IMG/VR virus record: IMGVR_UViG_3300046808_000578
Length of the DNA: 64,000 nucleotides
Origin: an uncultured virus (IMG/VR IMGVR_UViG_3300046808_000578)
Lineage: Duplodnaviria > Heunggongvirae > Uroviricota > Caudoviricetes
Direction: 5' to 3' (one strand)
The notes below the pieces were generated by a model. That model was given only the letters and a program-made list of their open reading frames with translations. It did no database searches and was not told the origin of the DNA. Shown here piece after piece: positions 8,824-20,600 of the stretch. How positions within the stretch are numbered: position 1 is the first letter of the stretch; each line of letters begins with the position of its first letter. The position numbers and the translations under genes were made by a program.

Positions 8824-9485
8824 GTGACGCAATGCTTCACGGCATCCTTCAGATGCCACCAGAGCTTTGGTCTAACGACCAGATAGATATCTTGCAACGG
8901 CACGGAAGGTATTTGGAAGCGTTTAAAAGAATCATGGAGCTTGAGCGCGAGCGTGATGAGGCGAGGAGGGAGCGGGATGAGGCACTGAAAGAGTGCGTTC
9001 TGGCTCAAGTTGGTTGGAGCGAAGCTCTAAAACAGCGTGATGAGGCGAGGAGGGAGCGTGACGAGTTTAGAAAAAACTCTTTGGCTCTGGTCGAAGAGTT
9101 GAAAAAAAGCGTGATTCGCCTTGCGAAAGAGCGGGACGAGGCACTGGAATCGCTTTCCAATGTGCGAAGAGAGCTTGTCGCATCCAACCGAGGGGCCGAG
9201 ACAAATGCGAAGGTGAACCAAGGGCTTTGCGCCCGACTCACTGAAGCCGAACGTGAGCGCGAGGAGGCGAGCAGTGAGTTGGTTGCGGTATTGAAAAGGC
9301 GTAGGTGGAAAGAAGATCTGCAGATAGCCTTTGTGTTGGTTTTCATTTGTATGGTGGCAGCACTGTGCATAAGCACTTCGCGACACGAAGCACTTAAAAA
9401 GGAGGCAGTGCAACGCGGTTACGCGGAGTTCGCCGCTAACGCCGATGGAGCGTTAATTTGGAGATGGAAGGAGGAAGTGAAATGA
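8820..9485 (+). CDS. coiled-coil (ERDEAR repeat) protein with C-terminal TM segment
   Basis: ERDEAR repeats; hydrophobic IAFVLVFICMVAALCI. Confidence 0.7.
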   Translation: MSDAMLHGILQMPPELWSNDQIDILQRHGRYLEAFKRIMELERERDEARRERDEALKECVLAQVGWSEALKQRDEARRERDEFRKNSLALVEELKKSVIRLAKERDEALESLSNVRRELVASNRGAETNAKVNQGLCARLTEAEREREEASSELVAVLKRRRWKEDLQIAFVLVFICMVAALCISTSRHEALKKEAVQRGYAEFAANADGALIWRWKEEVK

Positions 9486-9670
9486 ACATACCTCTGCATG
9501 TTGGGAAAATCCAAATAGAGGTCACGCTTTCGGAAGAGACTCTGAAAGAGCTTTTTGCGGCAATTGCTTTGCAAAAGCTAATGCCACAGCAGCAGGTTGC
9601 CGACTATGTGACTTCTGCAAGAGAACTTGCCGCCGCGATGATGAAGGCACGGAAGGAGGACTCGAAATGA
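9482..9670 (+). CDS. hypothetical protein
   Basis: Bounded by the repeated GGAGG..GAAATGA junction on both sides. Confidence 0.65.
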   Translation: MNIPLHVGKIQIEVTLSEETLKELFAAIALQKLMPQQQVADYVTSARELAAAMMKARKEDSK

Positions 9671-10032
9671 GTGAGACACCTACACCGGAGACGGATGAAA
9701 TTAACCTTCTGCTTGAGATGCTTTGGGAATGGTTCCTAGAGCAGCGAGACGCGGCGAGGAGGGATCGAGACGAGGCGCGGGAAGAACTTACCCGTGTGCG
9801 AAAGGAGCTTGTGTCTGCAAACCGCGGTGCCGAGACAAATGCGAAGGTGAACCAAGGGCTTTGCGCCCGATTGGCTGAAGCTGAACGCGAGCGGGATGAG
9901 GCGAGGCGCGAGCGGGATGAGTTGTTGCAAAGGCTTTCACTTTGGGAAGGCGCGGTAATGCGGATGAAAAAGCAACTCAGCTTTGCTCCGCCGTTTCATC
10001 AAGGCATGGAGTCACAGGAGGAAGCGAAATGA
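9667..10032 (+). CDS. coiled-coil (ERDEAR repeat) protein
   Basis: Shares NRGAETNAKVNQGLCARL block with 8820-9485. Confidence 0.7.
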   Translation: MSETPTPETDEINLLLEMLWEWFLEQRDAARRDRDEAREELTRVRKELVSANRGAETNAKVNQGLCARLAEAERERDEARRERDELLQRLSLWEGAVMRMKKQLSFAPPFHQGMESQEEAK

Positions 10033-10415
10033 GTGAGTTACTACAGAAAATGACGAATGAACTTCACCTAGACGTGGAGTACCTACATAAAAAGCTGGAG
10101 GAATGTGTGTCCATCGCGGCGCGGATCGCACGATACGCAGAGCTTGAACGGCACCGAGTGATCAAAAGCGGGGAAGGTTTATCCCCAAAACACGCCGAGT
10201 TGTTTGAACTCATGCGCGAGTACAACGCGATGATGGAACGTAACGGCGGGAGGTACTACTACGACGAAGGTTACCGGGATGGACTCACGGCACTACGCAT
10301 GCGCGGCGGATCCCGAGGTGCCGAATGGAACGCGGAAGCCAAGCACCTTCGATGCACCGACAGGAGAGACTACATCGAAGGATTCAACGACGCACTGGAC
10401 AACGGAGTAGCATGA
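10029..10415 (+). CDS. hypothetical protein
   Basis: Starts at the last repeated junction; YDEGYRDG/YIEGFND motifs. Confidence 0.65.
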   Translation: MSELLQKMTNELHLDVEYLHKKLEECVSIAARIARYAELERHRVIKSGEGLSPKHAELFELMREYNAMMERNGGRYYYDEGYRDGLTALRMRGGSRGAEWNAEAKHLRCTDRRDYIEGFNDALDNGVA

Positions 10416-10559
10416 ATCCAAGTAACGCTCAACAAATGTCAAAGCTGGAAATTCACCTGCCGGATGGTAGCTCCGCAACCGTCTGTGTACCGTTCCACTC
10501 CGACATCACCAAGTACATCGAAGCCGTCAGGCAACTCCTCGGCTTTGTAGGTTTCCACC

Positions 10560-10859
10560 ATGACAACATCAACGCCTATCTGGGCGACAACTGAGCCTAC
10601 CGCAGTCTCAGAAACAGGCGTTTCATGGTGGCTACTCCCAGACCTCACCAAATACGCCACCGCCCCAGACTCTCACGGTATTGCACTGGAGGACGTGGTA
10701 GTCTACGGACTCAAGGAACGCACCGGAGAGTACTGGTACATGGTTGCAGAAAGATCCGGTAAATCTTTACACGCAACAAAATCAACGCATGATGTGTTGG
10801 TTTACATCGATAAACTAAAAACATTTGAACAGTATGAACACAAGCGCAGAAAAGGTTAA
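10560..10859 (+). CDS. hypothetical protein
   Basis: ORF near the end of the + strand operon. Confidence 0.5.
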   Translation: MTTSTPIWATTEPTAVSETGVSWWLLPDLTKYATAPDSHGIALEDVVVYGLKERTGEYWYMVAERSGKSLHATKSTHDVLVYIDKLKTFEQYEHKRRKG

Positions 10860-10945
10860 GCAGATAACCTTAGAGGAAATCGACCGCTCTATCGCTACGA
10901 GCAGGTTCTGGGGTAAAGACGAGGTCTACAGTTACCTTACCGAAC

Positions 10946-11557
10946 TCAAGCAGAGGATTGAGTACCGCCTTCGGGATTCTTCCAGCACGCTTCCGGAAAC
11001 TGCATCTTCTCGCTGACGCCTTTGTGCAGGACGTCCAAAGGGACGTGCACCTGCGCTCGATTGCTACAGCCGCACACGTTGCAGCCCTTGAGCTTCTCGT
11101 CGTACCCTGTAGCCCTGTCGCCCAGAAACTCGGTAATCTCACGCACGATATTCTGGCACGCCGAGCACCCTGCAACTTCTACGTTGTGAGGGCAGGCAGC
11201 GCAGATAGCGGCACGGCGATCGGCTTCTTCTTGCGAAACCCATTCACGCTTCGGCAACCATGCCGTGAGCACCTTGAGGAAGTTGACCACATCGCCGAAA
11301 CCTACCTGTCGAGTAACGGTTCCATCCTCATTTACAGGCTGGCACCACCTATCCGACAGCTTCATGAGTTCGCAGACTTCGTTCTCGAACTCTTTCTCCC
11401 AACCAATGTTGCACGGGATCCCGTTTGCAAGTCTGTGCAAACGGACCTTCTGCAGCAGATCTGACCACACAATCGCCCGGATCACATAGCCCGTCTCCGG
11501 CTGCTTATAAACCCACGAGCGGTTCGGAGTCTGCATCTTATTAACAATATGGAACAT
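10946..11557 (-). CDS. Cys-rich hypothetical protein, last gene of the late operon
   Basis: RAAICAACPHN...CSAC...CNVCGC...CWK. Confidence 0.75.
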   Translation of the reverse strand: MFHIVNKMQTPNRSWVYKQPETGYVIRAIVWSDLLQKVRLHRLANGIPCNIGWEKEFENEVCELMKLSDRWCQPVNEDGTVTRQVGFGDVVNFLKVLTAWLPKREWVSQEEADRRAAICAACPHNVEVAGCSACQNIVREITEFLGDRATGYDEKLKGCNVCGCSNRAQVHVPLDVLHKGVSEKMQFPEACWKNPEGGTQSSA

Positions 11558-11672
11558 AAAAGAAGTTCACTCGAAGTTGCATTGCTCACAATCCCTATAT
11601 ACCTTATCGGCGCGGCAGGCTTGGTAGTTGCCTGCGTTGGCCCGGGACTCCTCATACACCTTCTGTTCGCGG

Positions 11673-14600
11673 CTACAAAGTAATTTCTTTGTTGATAATC
11701 TTCTTGCGGATTTTATTAACCGCTGCGTCTCGGCAGACCTCCGTCATTTTATTCAGCCGCTCCTGCGCTTTCTCCTCACTAAGATTCGACAAAGATGAGA
11801 TGAACGCTGGGGTGATTCGCTTCTGGAGCTGTTCGCCCCGGGCGATCACGAACTCACGCCACAGTTGGTCGTTTGATCCAACCTTGATCTTCTGCTTCGC
11901 GATCTGAATTTCGGTGGATTTGCTGGGGCTCGTGATGAACAAGTTCTGGTCAACCAGCGAAGCAAAGATGGGATTTTTCTCCGAATCCTTGGAGATGAAC
12001 CTACCAGTCATGCCTTGATGCCATGGCTGTGTAATCGGTTGCCCCAAGGTATTGAGCATCGGTTGGTTACCCCAACCTGATGCAGGCACCATAGACATCC
12101 AGTAACCTTGAGATGTGCTGCGATCGTAGACAGGAGACCTACCGTTCTCGTCGAGCAGCCCTTCAATTGTGGTACGGCTCCACTTCAGAGCCTGAGGGTT
12201 GGTGAAGCCACCAACGATACCTGAGAAGAACTTCTCAAGTGCCATCGCACCACGGGCATCTGGGTTCTTGATGATGTCCATGATGTTGCTCAACCCGCTG
12301 ATCAGGTTCTTCTCGAAGATCAGGTTCAACACCCCGAGCCCGAACATCTGGGCCTGTTGCGCGATGGTTTTCTCGCTCAGGTTTTTCTCGTATCGGCGCA
12401 TGTCGCATACCGCTCCGATCGCTCCAAGGGCCAGACTCATGACTGGCCAGTCGGTGTACCGCAGCACCTGATCTCCAATCCTGATCGAGTTCTTGCGCCA
12501 GTCGGATCCCTGCTCCAATTGCTTTGCCTTTTGGAAGTCCTTTGGCCCGGGACCGTACACGGCGAAGAACGGCTTCTTCTTTTTCTCCTCGTCGTCCACC
12601 CCCTTAATTGCCATCGCCAACAGGTACAGCATTCCTGCCGTACCCACAACGCCCTGCGCCATGAGCGTGTTGTACTCCACAGATCCACGCTCGACTTGGC
12701 TCAGACGATACTTGTTCTTTTCCCCAAGCAACAAGAAGCCGGGGCTCATGTTGTGCGCCCGCAGCAGTCCAAACAGTGAAAAGTCCAAAGCGTTGTTCAC
12801 GAGGTTTGCCATGGTGCGCATGAACGGCAACACGAACTTCGTGACCTTAACCGACTTGTTCAACTGCGAACTGATGCCATCGAACACCAACCCCATGATG
12901 CCGCGAGGGTCGTTGTTGAACGTCCAGTCTTTGGCTGTTTCCATCGAGGAGGCAATGAGCTTGCTGTTTGCCGACATCTCTTGGCGATACTCCTCCATCA
13001 GCTCCAAACGCATCAACCCCTTGTTGCGCTCCAAGGCAGGACCCTGCCCCAAGAAACCCTTTGCAGCAGCATCATTGATACGGGCTTCGATGTTTGCCTT
13101 CACCGTCACGTTCGGGTCAAACGCCTCAGCCATGGCGTTTGCCAGCTCCCGCCCTTGCTTACCTTGCGTCATGAACGCATAGGTCAACGCATGGCGCATG
13201 GCAATCTCCACACCGATCTGACAGTTGACACCGTCCGCTCCAGTCATGATTCGACCCACGTACTTGTGCGGCAAATACTTACTGGCCCACGAGTCTTGTT
13301 CGAGGATGCTCTTTGTGGTGGCATCCATGTTCTTGAACCGACTTGAACCCGTAGCCCACGCTTTCTGAACCATCAGTTTTCCGGAACAGGACTTGTCGAA
13401 GAAGTTCATCACCGTTGTCCACCCGGAGGCAAGGTTGCCGTAGAACTTGAACGAGTCCCATAGCGACACCCCAGCGCCCAATGCTTTGATCTGATAACCC
13501 ACCGCTTGGAACAACCCTTGCAGCCCTACGTTTGCATGGGCCGACAGGAAGTTCACCGTTTGGGTAGGCAACCCCGAGAGCACCCCAGCCTGCCAGATTG
13601 CTGGAGCAAGATCCCCAATCCAGTACTTGAACTTGGATAACCCCTTCAGATTCTTGGCGTGTTCTTCCGCGATCAAGCTGTTGAGGTTGATGAGCTTCTC
13701 CCGCTTGGCATCGCCTTCGGGCATCTCTTCGATCATCTCCGCTTCCTTCTTGATCTGCTCGACGACCAGCGGGTTCCACGTTGGCAGCTTAAGATTCGGA
13801 TTTGCCAAGGCGATTCGATTGTAGAGCTCACGCTCGTCAAACACACCCAGCTCAAACAGTTGTAGAAACTTGTTGTCTGCAGGTACCTTCGACACGCGGC
13901 CCTGTGCAAAAGATTTGTCGGCGCTCAATCTACGAAGCAGAGCGTCCGCTTTCTTCTTCACCTCCGTATTGAAAACTTTCTCCAAAGCCTCCGCGACTTT
14001 CTTCGCGTCTGCTTCGGAAAGATCAGAATTTTCCAAAAGGGTTTGCGTCACATTCGCCAACGTGGCTTTACGTTGGGCGAAGGTTTTGCGGAGTTCTTCT
14101 GTAAGTTTGATCTGCTTCAACAGAATCTCCCGAGCCGCCTTGTAATCGAAGTCCACGAACTCCGCGTCCTTGACCGCTTGTGCCTTATCGGGGGACAACC
14201 TTCCGAACTGAACCAAGGTGGACACGGCGTTCTCGAACGCCCGTTTGGTGAGGTACACGTTGTCGAGCAAGATGTCTCGAAGTTCGGCGGGCTTCTTGGC
14301 TTTCTTGGCAGTAACCAAGGAGGACAACTGAGACATCACCTCCTTCATCACTTCCTTCTCCAACGCCTTCCTCTCGCTGAGAGGTGCTTTGTCAATCGAC
14401 GGGTTGGCCAGTTTCACTAGCCGCTCCGCGATCTTTTTAATGAGGTTCTCGTCCAGCTTGGTAGTGTCTTGAACCTCATTGAAGAAATCGAAAACCCCCT
14501 GCAGTTCTGGGTTCACGGTACCCTTTACTACCTTCTTGGGGATTCCCTGATTCTTGGCCAGTACTTCTTGGATAGCTTCTGCCTTAGCCTGCTCTACAGT

Positions 14601-17600
14601 GCCTTCGATCGCAGTGACGTTGGCATCGTCTTTAAGCACTTCCACTTGCGCTGCGGTGGTCGGAGCCGTAAGCTTTGATGCCTGCTGGTTTGGCGAGAAG
14701 ATCTGGGAGATCCACCGCCCTGCATTCAGCCCTTGCGCGAATCGGGTAAGCTCCTCACTCACCTTGTTCGCCGCCTCCCCGGCAAGTTGATCGTAGTACT
14801 CTGACAAAGCCTTGTCTGTGGGGGCCAACGCCTTGGCCACCTTTGTCAGACGGATGCCGAGAATCGTGCGGGTCATCAACCGCTCCCGCTCTGTGAGTCG
14901 AGTCGAAGGTAGATCGAGCGCAAAGAAGGCTTCGTCCAAAGAGTTGAACGAGAAGATGAAAGCGTTGGCGTTCGCGACATTCTCGTCGGTCATCTCCGAA
15001 TGGTAGATCTTCCCAGTCAACGCCTTGTCAATCTCAGGCACCGCTTTGCGTAGGTCTTCCAACGAAGTTGTGAGTTTCTTCGACGCAGCAATTCCGAGCC
15101 CTTTAACGATTCGACTCTTCTTGGAGTACTGCTCTGTGGCCCACTTCGACACGTTGCTATCGAAGCTGATCAATGATGTCAGCGTATTATCGAGCACAGA
15201 TCCTGTCTCGATGTTAAACATCTTTTGCAGCAGTCCGAGGATGGCGTCACACACTTTCCGCCACAGCGATTTTCCTGAGGTGTCGGGAATGTTGTTGAGC
15301 AGTTCCCGGAATGGACGGTGTGCCAGTGCTGCACAGAACTCGTCCACGTTCGTAAGACCGTAGTCGATATAGAACTGGTGCTCTCTGCTCTTTGCGGCAA
15401 ACCGTTCGTACACACTTCGTCCTTCCGGAGTGTACCTGAGATATGCCTTCGTTTTGTTGTAGAGCCGATTGATCTCTCGACCGAATTCAATGATTTCCTT
15501 CGGCGTGTTCAGGGTAATGTCGTACGCATCCAACAGGGTTTTGATGGCTTCTTCCGAAAGCCCTGTGGTGGCCGGAGATGTTTGAAGTTGCTGCAATGTT
15601 CCACCCTCACTCTGGAACGTGCGAACTGCCGACTGCGCTTGAGTGTACTCAGAGTACCGTACCGTAGCGCCAAGAGTGAACGCATGGATGACTTCGTGGA
15701 TCAGAGTTTCCTCCTGCACGGACTGCGTCTCGTACTGGCGATACGTGTCCAGATATACGGTGTCACTTGTTACATCGTAGTACCCCCACACCCGCTCTCC
15801 TGTATCTGGGTTGGTGAGGTTATCCACGATGCGCAAGGTAGTCTGCAGTCCGCGAGCCTCGAACAGTTGAGCCAAGGTCTTTAGGCGAGGATCCTTACTC
15901 GTCTGAGCCAGCTTGCTCAACGCCTCGGAGACGGATTCCCCGTCAGTGAACACTCGCCTTGCGCGTTCTTCTTTCGGAGTCAACGCTCCTGTCTCTTCCA
16001 CCAACCGCAACTCGGAGACATCATTGGCGTCTTTGCGCAGTACTTTCTGCGCCGCCATATCCGCCACAGCCGCAACTCCGGATCTAACAGCACTCTTCAT
16101 CCGGGCATTCAGCGGAAGTTCTTTCGCCGCAGAGACAGGAAGCGTAATCCCTTCTTCGGCCAGAATTGCTTCCAACCTACTGAGCTTCATTCTCTCCAGA
16201 TCGATCATGTCGATCTCACGCCGATCGAGTGCCTCGATCACTTCCGGAATACGAGCAAGGGCTTGGATTCTCTGCCGTTCTAGGATCGCGTTGATCTGAT
16301 CCACGTTGAGCTGCTCGGCTTGCTTTCTGGAGATCCCTTCTAGCAACAGCTTATTCCTGATCGCCGGGTCGTTGAGCAGATCTTGTTTGGCGTTCTCCCT
16401 AGCCGCCGTTGCCATTTCCGCAAACGCCGAAACGAGTTGCGTGAATCGCTTGGTATCCGCAGCCGTGGCTTCATCTGGAGAGTAGTTCTTGAGAAACTCT
16501 TGCTGGTCCGTATCGAGTTGCGACCACAGCTCTTTACTGATTTCTCCACGCCACCCCTTCAACCTCCCTTGATTGCCTGAGACCTTGTCAGCTTCTTCAA
16601 GCACCGAGTTTTCGTCGGTAGTCAACTCGTCAGAAAGCTCGTCGTTCCCGTCTTCATCCCCAACATCAAGCCCAGCGTCGCCTTCGATATCTACGGGCTC
16701 TGCACCTTCGGTAGCTTTGCGTCCCGTTCTGATTTTACGGAAACTGTAAATCGGCTTTACGATGTCATCGACTATCTTTTTTACGTTTAGTTTTTTAGCT
16801 TTTCCGCTACGAACGAGGTAACTGGCTTCAGCTACCGCTGCGGATTGAACTCGTGCCCAGTCATCCCCTTCAAGCAACGGTTGCGATTCTGTGTAGCTCG
16901 AATTTATCAAATCCGCGATGTCTTTAATCGCCTTCGATTCAAGCTGTTGTTCCTCAACTGTGAGCTTTTTGGAACTAAGCTTGGATAGCTCCTCCAGAAA
17001 CGACTGCTTCTCCTGTTCGAGGGTGTAGTTTTGCTTTCGCACCGACTCGCTGGCTTCAGCCGCCCTAGCCGCGTCCAACTCCTTGAACTGCCCGGGGCTA
17101 TTAATCAGCCCATATACGGGGTGCCGTACCCCGGCCACCTCATATTGCTTTGTGTCGCTATTGAACGAGTACAGGATATTTGGATGCAGCTTATCGGCAT
17201 CCATGATGCTGTTTGGGATGACCACCTTGACCCCTCTGTCAAACTGATCGAGTACGGTATCTGGGTTGTTGGTGAACAACAGCCTTGTGCGGATAGTTTC
17301 CGTTGGGGTTGAAGCTGGGCTATTCGCTTCACGCAGAAGCCGGGTCGCTTCAGCTTCACCAACGATATCGGCGATGGCTTTACGAGTGGTCGTTTGACTG
17401 CTGGACGTGACAAACACCACCGTGGCCTCACCAGTGGTTTTGTCTCTCTGTACGTAAGACGGAGCTTTGACTACCTCCTGCGGGTACTTCTCTTGTAGCC
17501 TACGCTTGTACTCCGCAGACACTCCCTTGTTCTGCACTTTCGACCCTTTTACATTTTCAGTGATCGTCTGAGATGTAATCGGGAATCCGTTCTCGTCCAC

Positions 17601-20600
17601 CATGCGGTCGATGAACCTGTTTTGTGCATCCGTGAATGTCTTTTCTCGACTCAACTGCTGCGCTTCCGGAGAGGCGTTATTGAACTCCTCCTCAGTCACC
17701 TCCGTGTAGCTAACCTTGCCATCTTTGCTCGTGACAGCCAGAAGCTTCCACTTTGGCGACAACGCCAAAAACTCTTCCTCTGAAACCTCTGGGTCAGGGT
17801 AGTTGACTGTCACCATGGTACCCTGAATCCCTGCTGCAAGGAGCTGTTGGTCCAAGGCAACAATCTCCTGCACGATCGGCAACCGATTTGCCGCGTCTGC
17901 GGTCTTCAGGCTTTCGATCAACGCGCGTTGTCTGTCCAATAGAGCCTTCGTACCAGTTGCTGCCGCAGCCTCGTCTTGCGCCTTTTGCGCGTCCTCCTTG
18001 GCTTTACGCTCCGCTTCCTCTCGCGCCTTGCGTTCTTCCTCCGCTTTGAGCGCAGCCGCTTCCTTGGCTTTGCGTTCTTCCTCTTCCTTGGCTTTGCGTT
18101 CTTCCTCTGCTTTGAGGTCCGCTGCTTCCTTGGCTTTACGGTCTTCCTCTTCCGAACGCAACGTATCCGCCTGTTTGCGTTTGAGCTTGAGCTGATCCCG
18201 AACAATGCGAGACACGTACGGGAGCACCGCCTCGGGATCTTCCGAGGACATGATGTTGATTTCGTCAATGTCGTAGTCGCTCAGTAGCTCTGCTTCCTGA
18301 AGCAAGGGTAACAGGGCTTCAAGATCGACGTCCGAGTATTCCGGATTCGCAATCGTTTCCTCAAACTTTGTTGCCGCAACTTCGTAATCTGGAAGTGGAG
18401 CTGCTTCCGGGGCCATCTGCGGACGAGGCAATGTAGTAGCCCCAGTACGGATACCGGGTTTCTTAGGAACAAACGGTCCTGCAGGTTTCTTCGGAGGTGT
18501 GAGAGGGGTTGGTGGTTTGCCAACACGCCCCACTTTTGTGAATGGAGTGGATGGTTTGGGGGCAGGAAGAACAGGTTCAGGGATTTGGGTCCCGGATGGT
18601 TCAGGAGTTTTAGTCTCGGTAGTTTCTTCCGCACCGACAGATACAGTCGGTGCAACCTCCTGCTTCGGCGCTGTAGTTGGTGTAGGGCTGATGGCAGGTT
18701 TCTTAGGAACCAACGGCCCAGCAGGTTGTTTCGTAGGGGTAAGAGGAGTAGGAGCCTTACCTACTCGGCCTACTTTCGTGAACGGGATTACGTTTTTCGG
18801 AGCCGATGGGGGCTGTTCTCCGGCAATTTCTACACCCGCTGCGGTACCCGTCGGAGTAGCCCCAACCCCCATGACCGTATTCTCCGCCGTGATATCGGCG
18901 GTCTGAGTGGATTTCGCCGCAATGTTTGCGGTATTTATCGCCCGAAGCTCCGCTACAATTTCAGCGGGAGTCTTTGTCTGCCACTCAGTAATACCGTTCT
19001 GGATGGCGGCTTTTTCCAACCCCGCTGAGACACTCATAGGGATTCCACCCCCATCGACTGCCCGCAAAATATCCGCCGCCGTTTGGGAAACCCCTGAGTA
19101 ATCAGGTGGCTTCGCTGCTTCTTGCGCCGTAGTCTCTGCGGCACCAGTGGGTGGAGTTGTAGCCCCCGTCTTGGTTGTTTCCCCCGTTGGTTTAGTGGGA
19201 GGTTTTTTCTCTGGTTCCCCCGGAGTCTCAGTCGCGTTAACCTTTACCTGTTCGACAATCGCGTTAAGGGAATCCTCCTGTTGCTGTGCCTGAACCTGTT
19301 GGTCTACCCGATTGGTAAGCGGAGCCAGATTTGGCAAATCTTGCCTTGGCCGGAACGGGGTACGGATCCCCGTGATCCCGCCGATCAGCCCTTGGATCAC
19401 CCCGCCCGCTGCGCCTTCAGCACTGGCAGATTTTGCCGCCTCATACACGTCTGACAAAGACGGAACAAACCCTTTGCCCACAATCGCACTCTGAGCCAAG
19501 GACTGGATACCTTCCTCCTTGAAACCTTTCCAAACTTCGTTGGCGATGTCCTTTGTAAGGAAGTCTTTCCATCCGGCACTGAGCACCGCGTTGCCCGCCT
19601 CTTTGATCACATCACCCGTGGCTTTCCCCCCAAGCATACCATGAACCCGCTTAACGATATCAGCGGTCATGTCAGCTTCAATAGCCGCCGCGACAGTGGC
19701 ATACCCAAGAGACTTTGCGGTAGCCGTCAGGATGCTGTCCCCCTGCTCGATCGACCGCGTGTACGCATCGTACCCTTCAGAACCCCCCATCAAATACGTG
19801 GAGAAGCTCGTGAACAGTTCCTTGAGTTTGTTTGCCTTAGAGTACGCATCCTCTGCTTTGATCGCCAGCTCTCCGGCCTTAGCAGCATTCCCCACAGCCA
19901 TAGCCCCTTCTGAAGCAGCCATGCCTTTGAACGCGATGTTTTCCAGTTTGAAAGCAGTGCCCGCCGTGGACAGCAACCCTTTGGACAATGCCCCAATTCC
20001 CCCGGTAGCCAACGAAGTACCCACCATACCAAGCACCTGTCCCAGACCTTCAGGAATCTGGCGCAGCCAAAAGGAATCGGAGTATTCTTTACCGATAGGC
20101 AAAGCCTCGTTTACATTCTGATCGATCCCAATGGCAAACTCCTCCAGTGCTTTGGACCCTGTGAGAGGTTCCAATAGCAAACTCAGGAACTTGGGCGCAT
20201 CGGTGACGGACTTCACTGTCCCTCGAAGCAAGCTGGAGAAGGCGGTCTGAACTGGTCCAACGCCAGACTGCAAGTTCTGATCTGCCTGCAAGATGTCAAT
20301 TGCCCGAGCGACCGTAGGCGTTTTGAACTCCTCTACCAACTTCTGAAGGTAGTTCGGATCCTCTGGGGACGCTTTTGGTTTGTACGGATTTTTCGCCAAC
20401 CGTAGCGATTCGGTTTCTTTCGGCTCGTACTGCTGTTGAGCGAATTTGTAAAACTCAAGGTCATCCCCCTCAGACGCTACCGATTCGGTTGGTGTGCGCT
20501 GCAGCCCCGGAGACTCATACCCAGTAGGTGTAGGTTGAGCAGGTGAGTATAAACTACTGGCAAATGAATACAGTTCTTCTGTAGGGTCTGCGGCGATATC

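Noticed and set aside
8234..10032. Diversity-generating retroelement (TR/VR pair) among the duplicated segments
   Set aside because: Differences are not adenine-specific and no reverse transcriptase is present in the window
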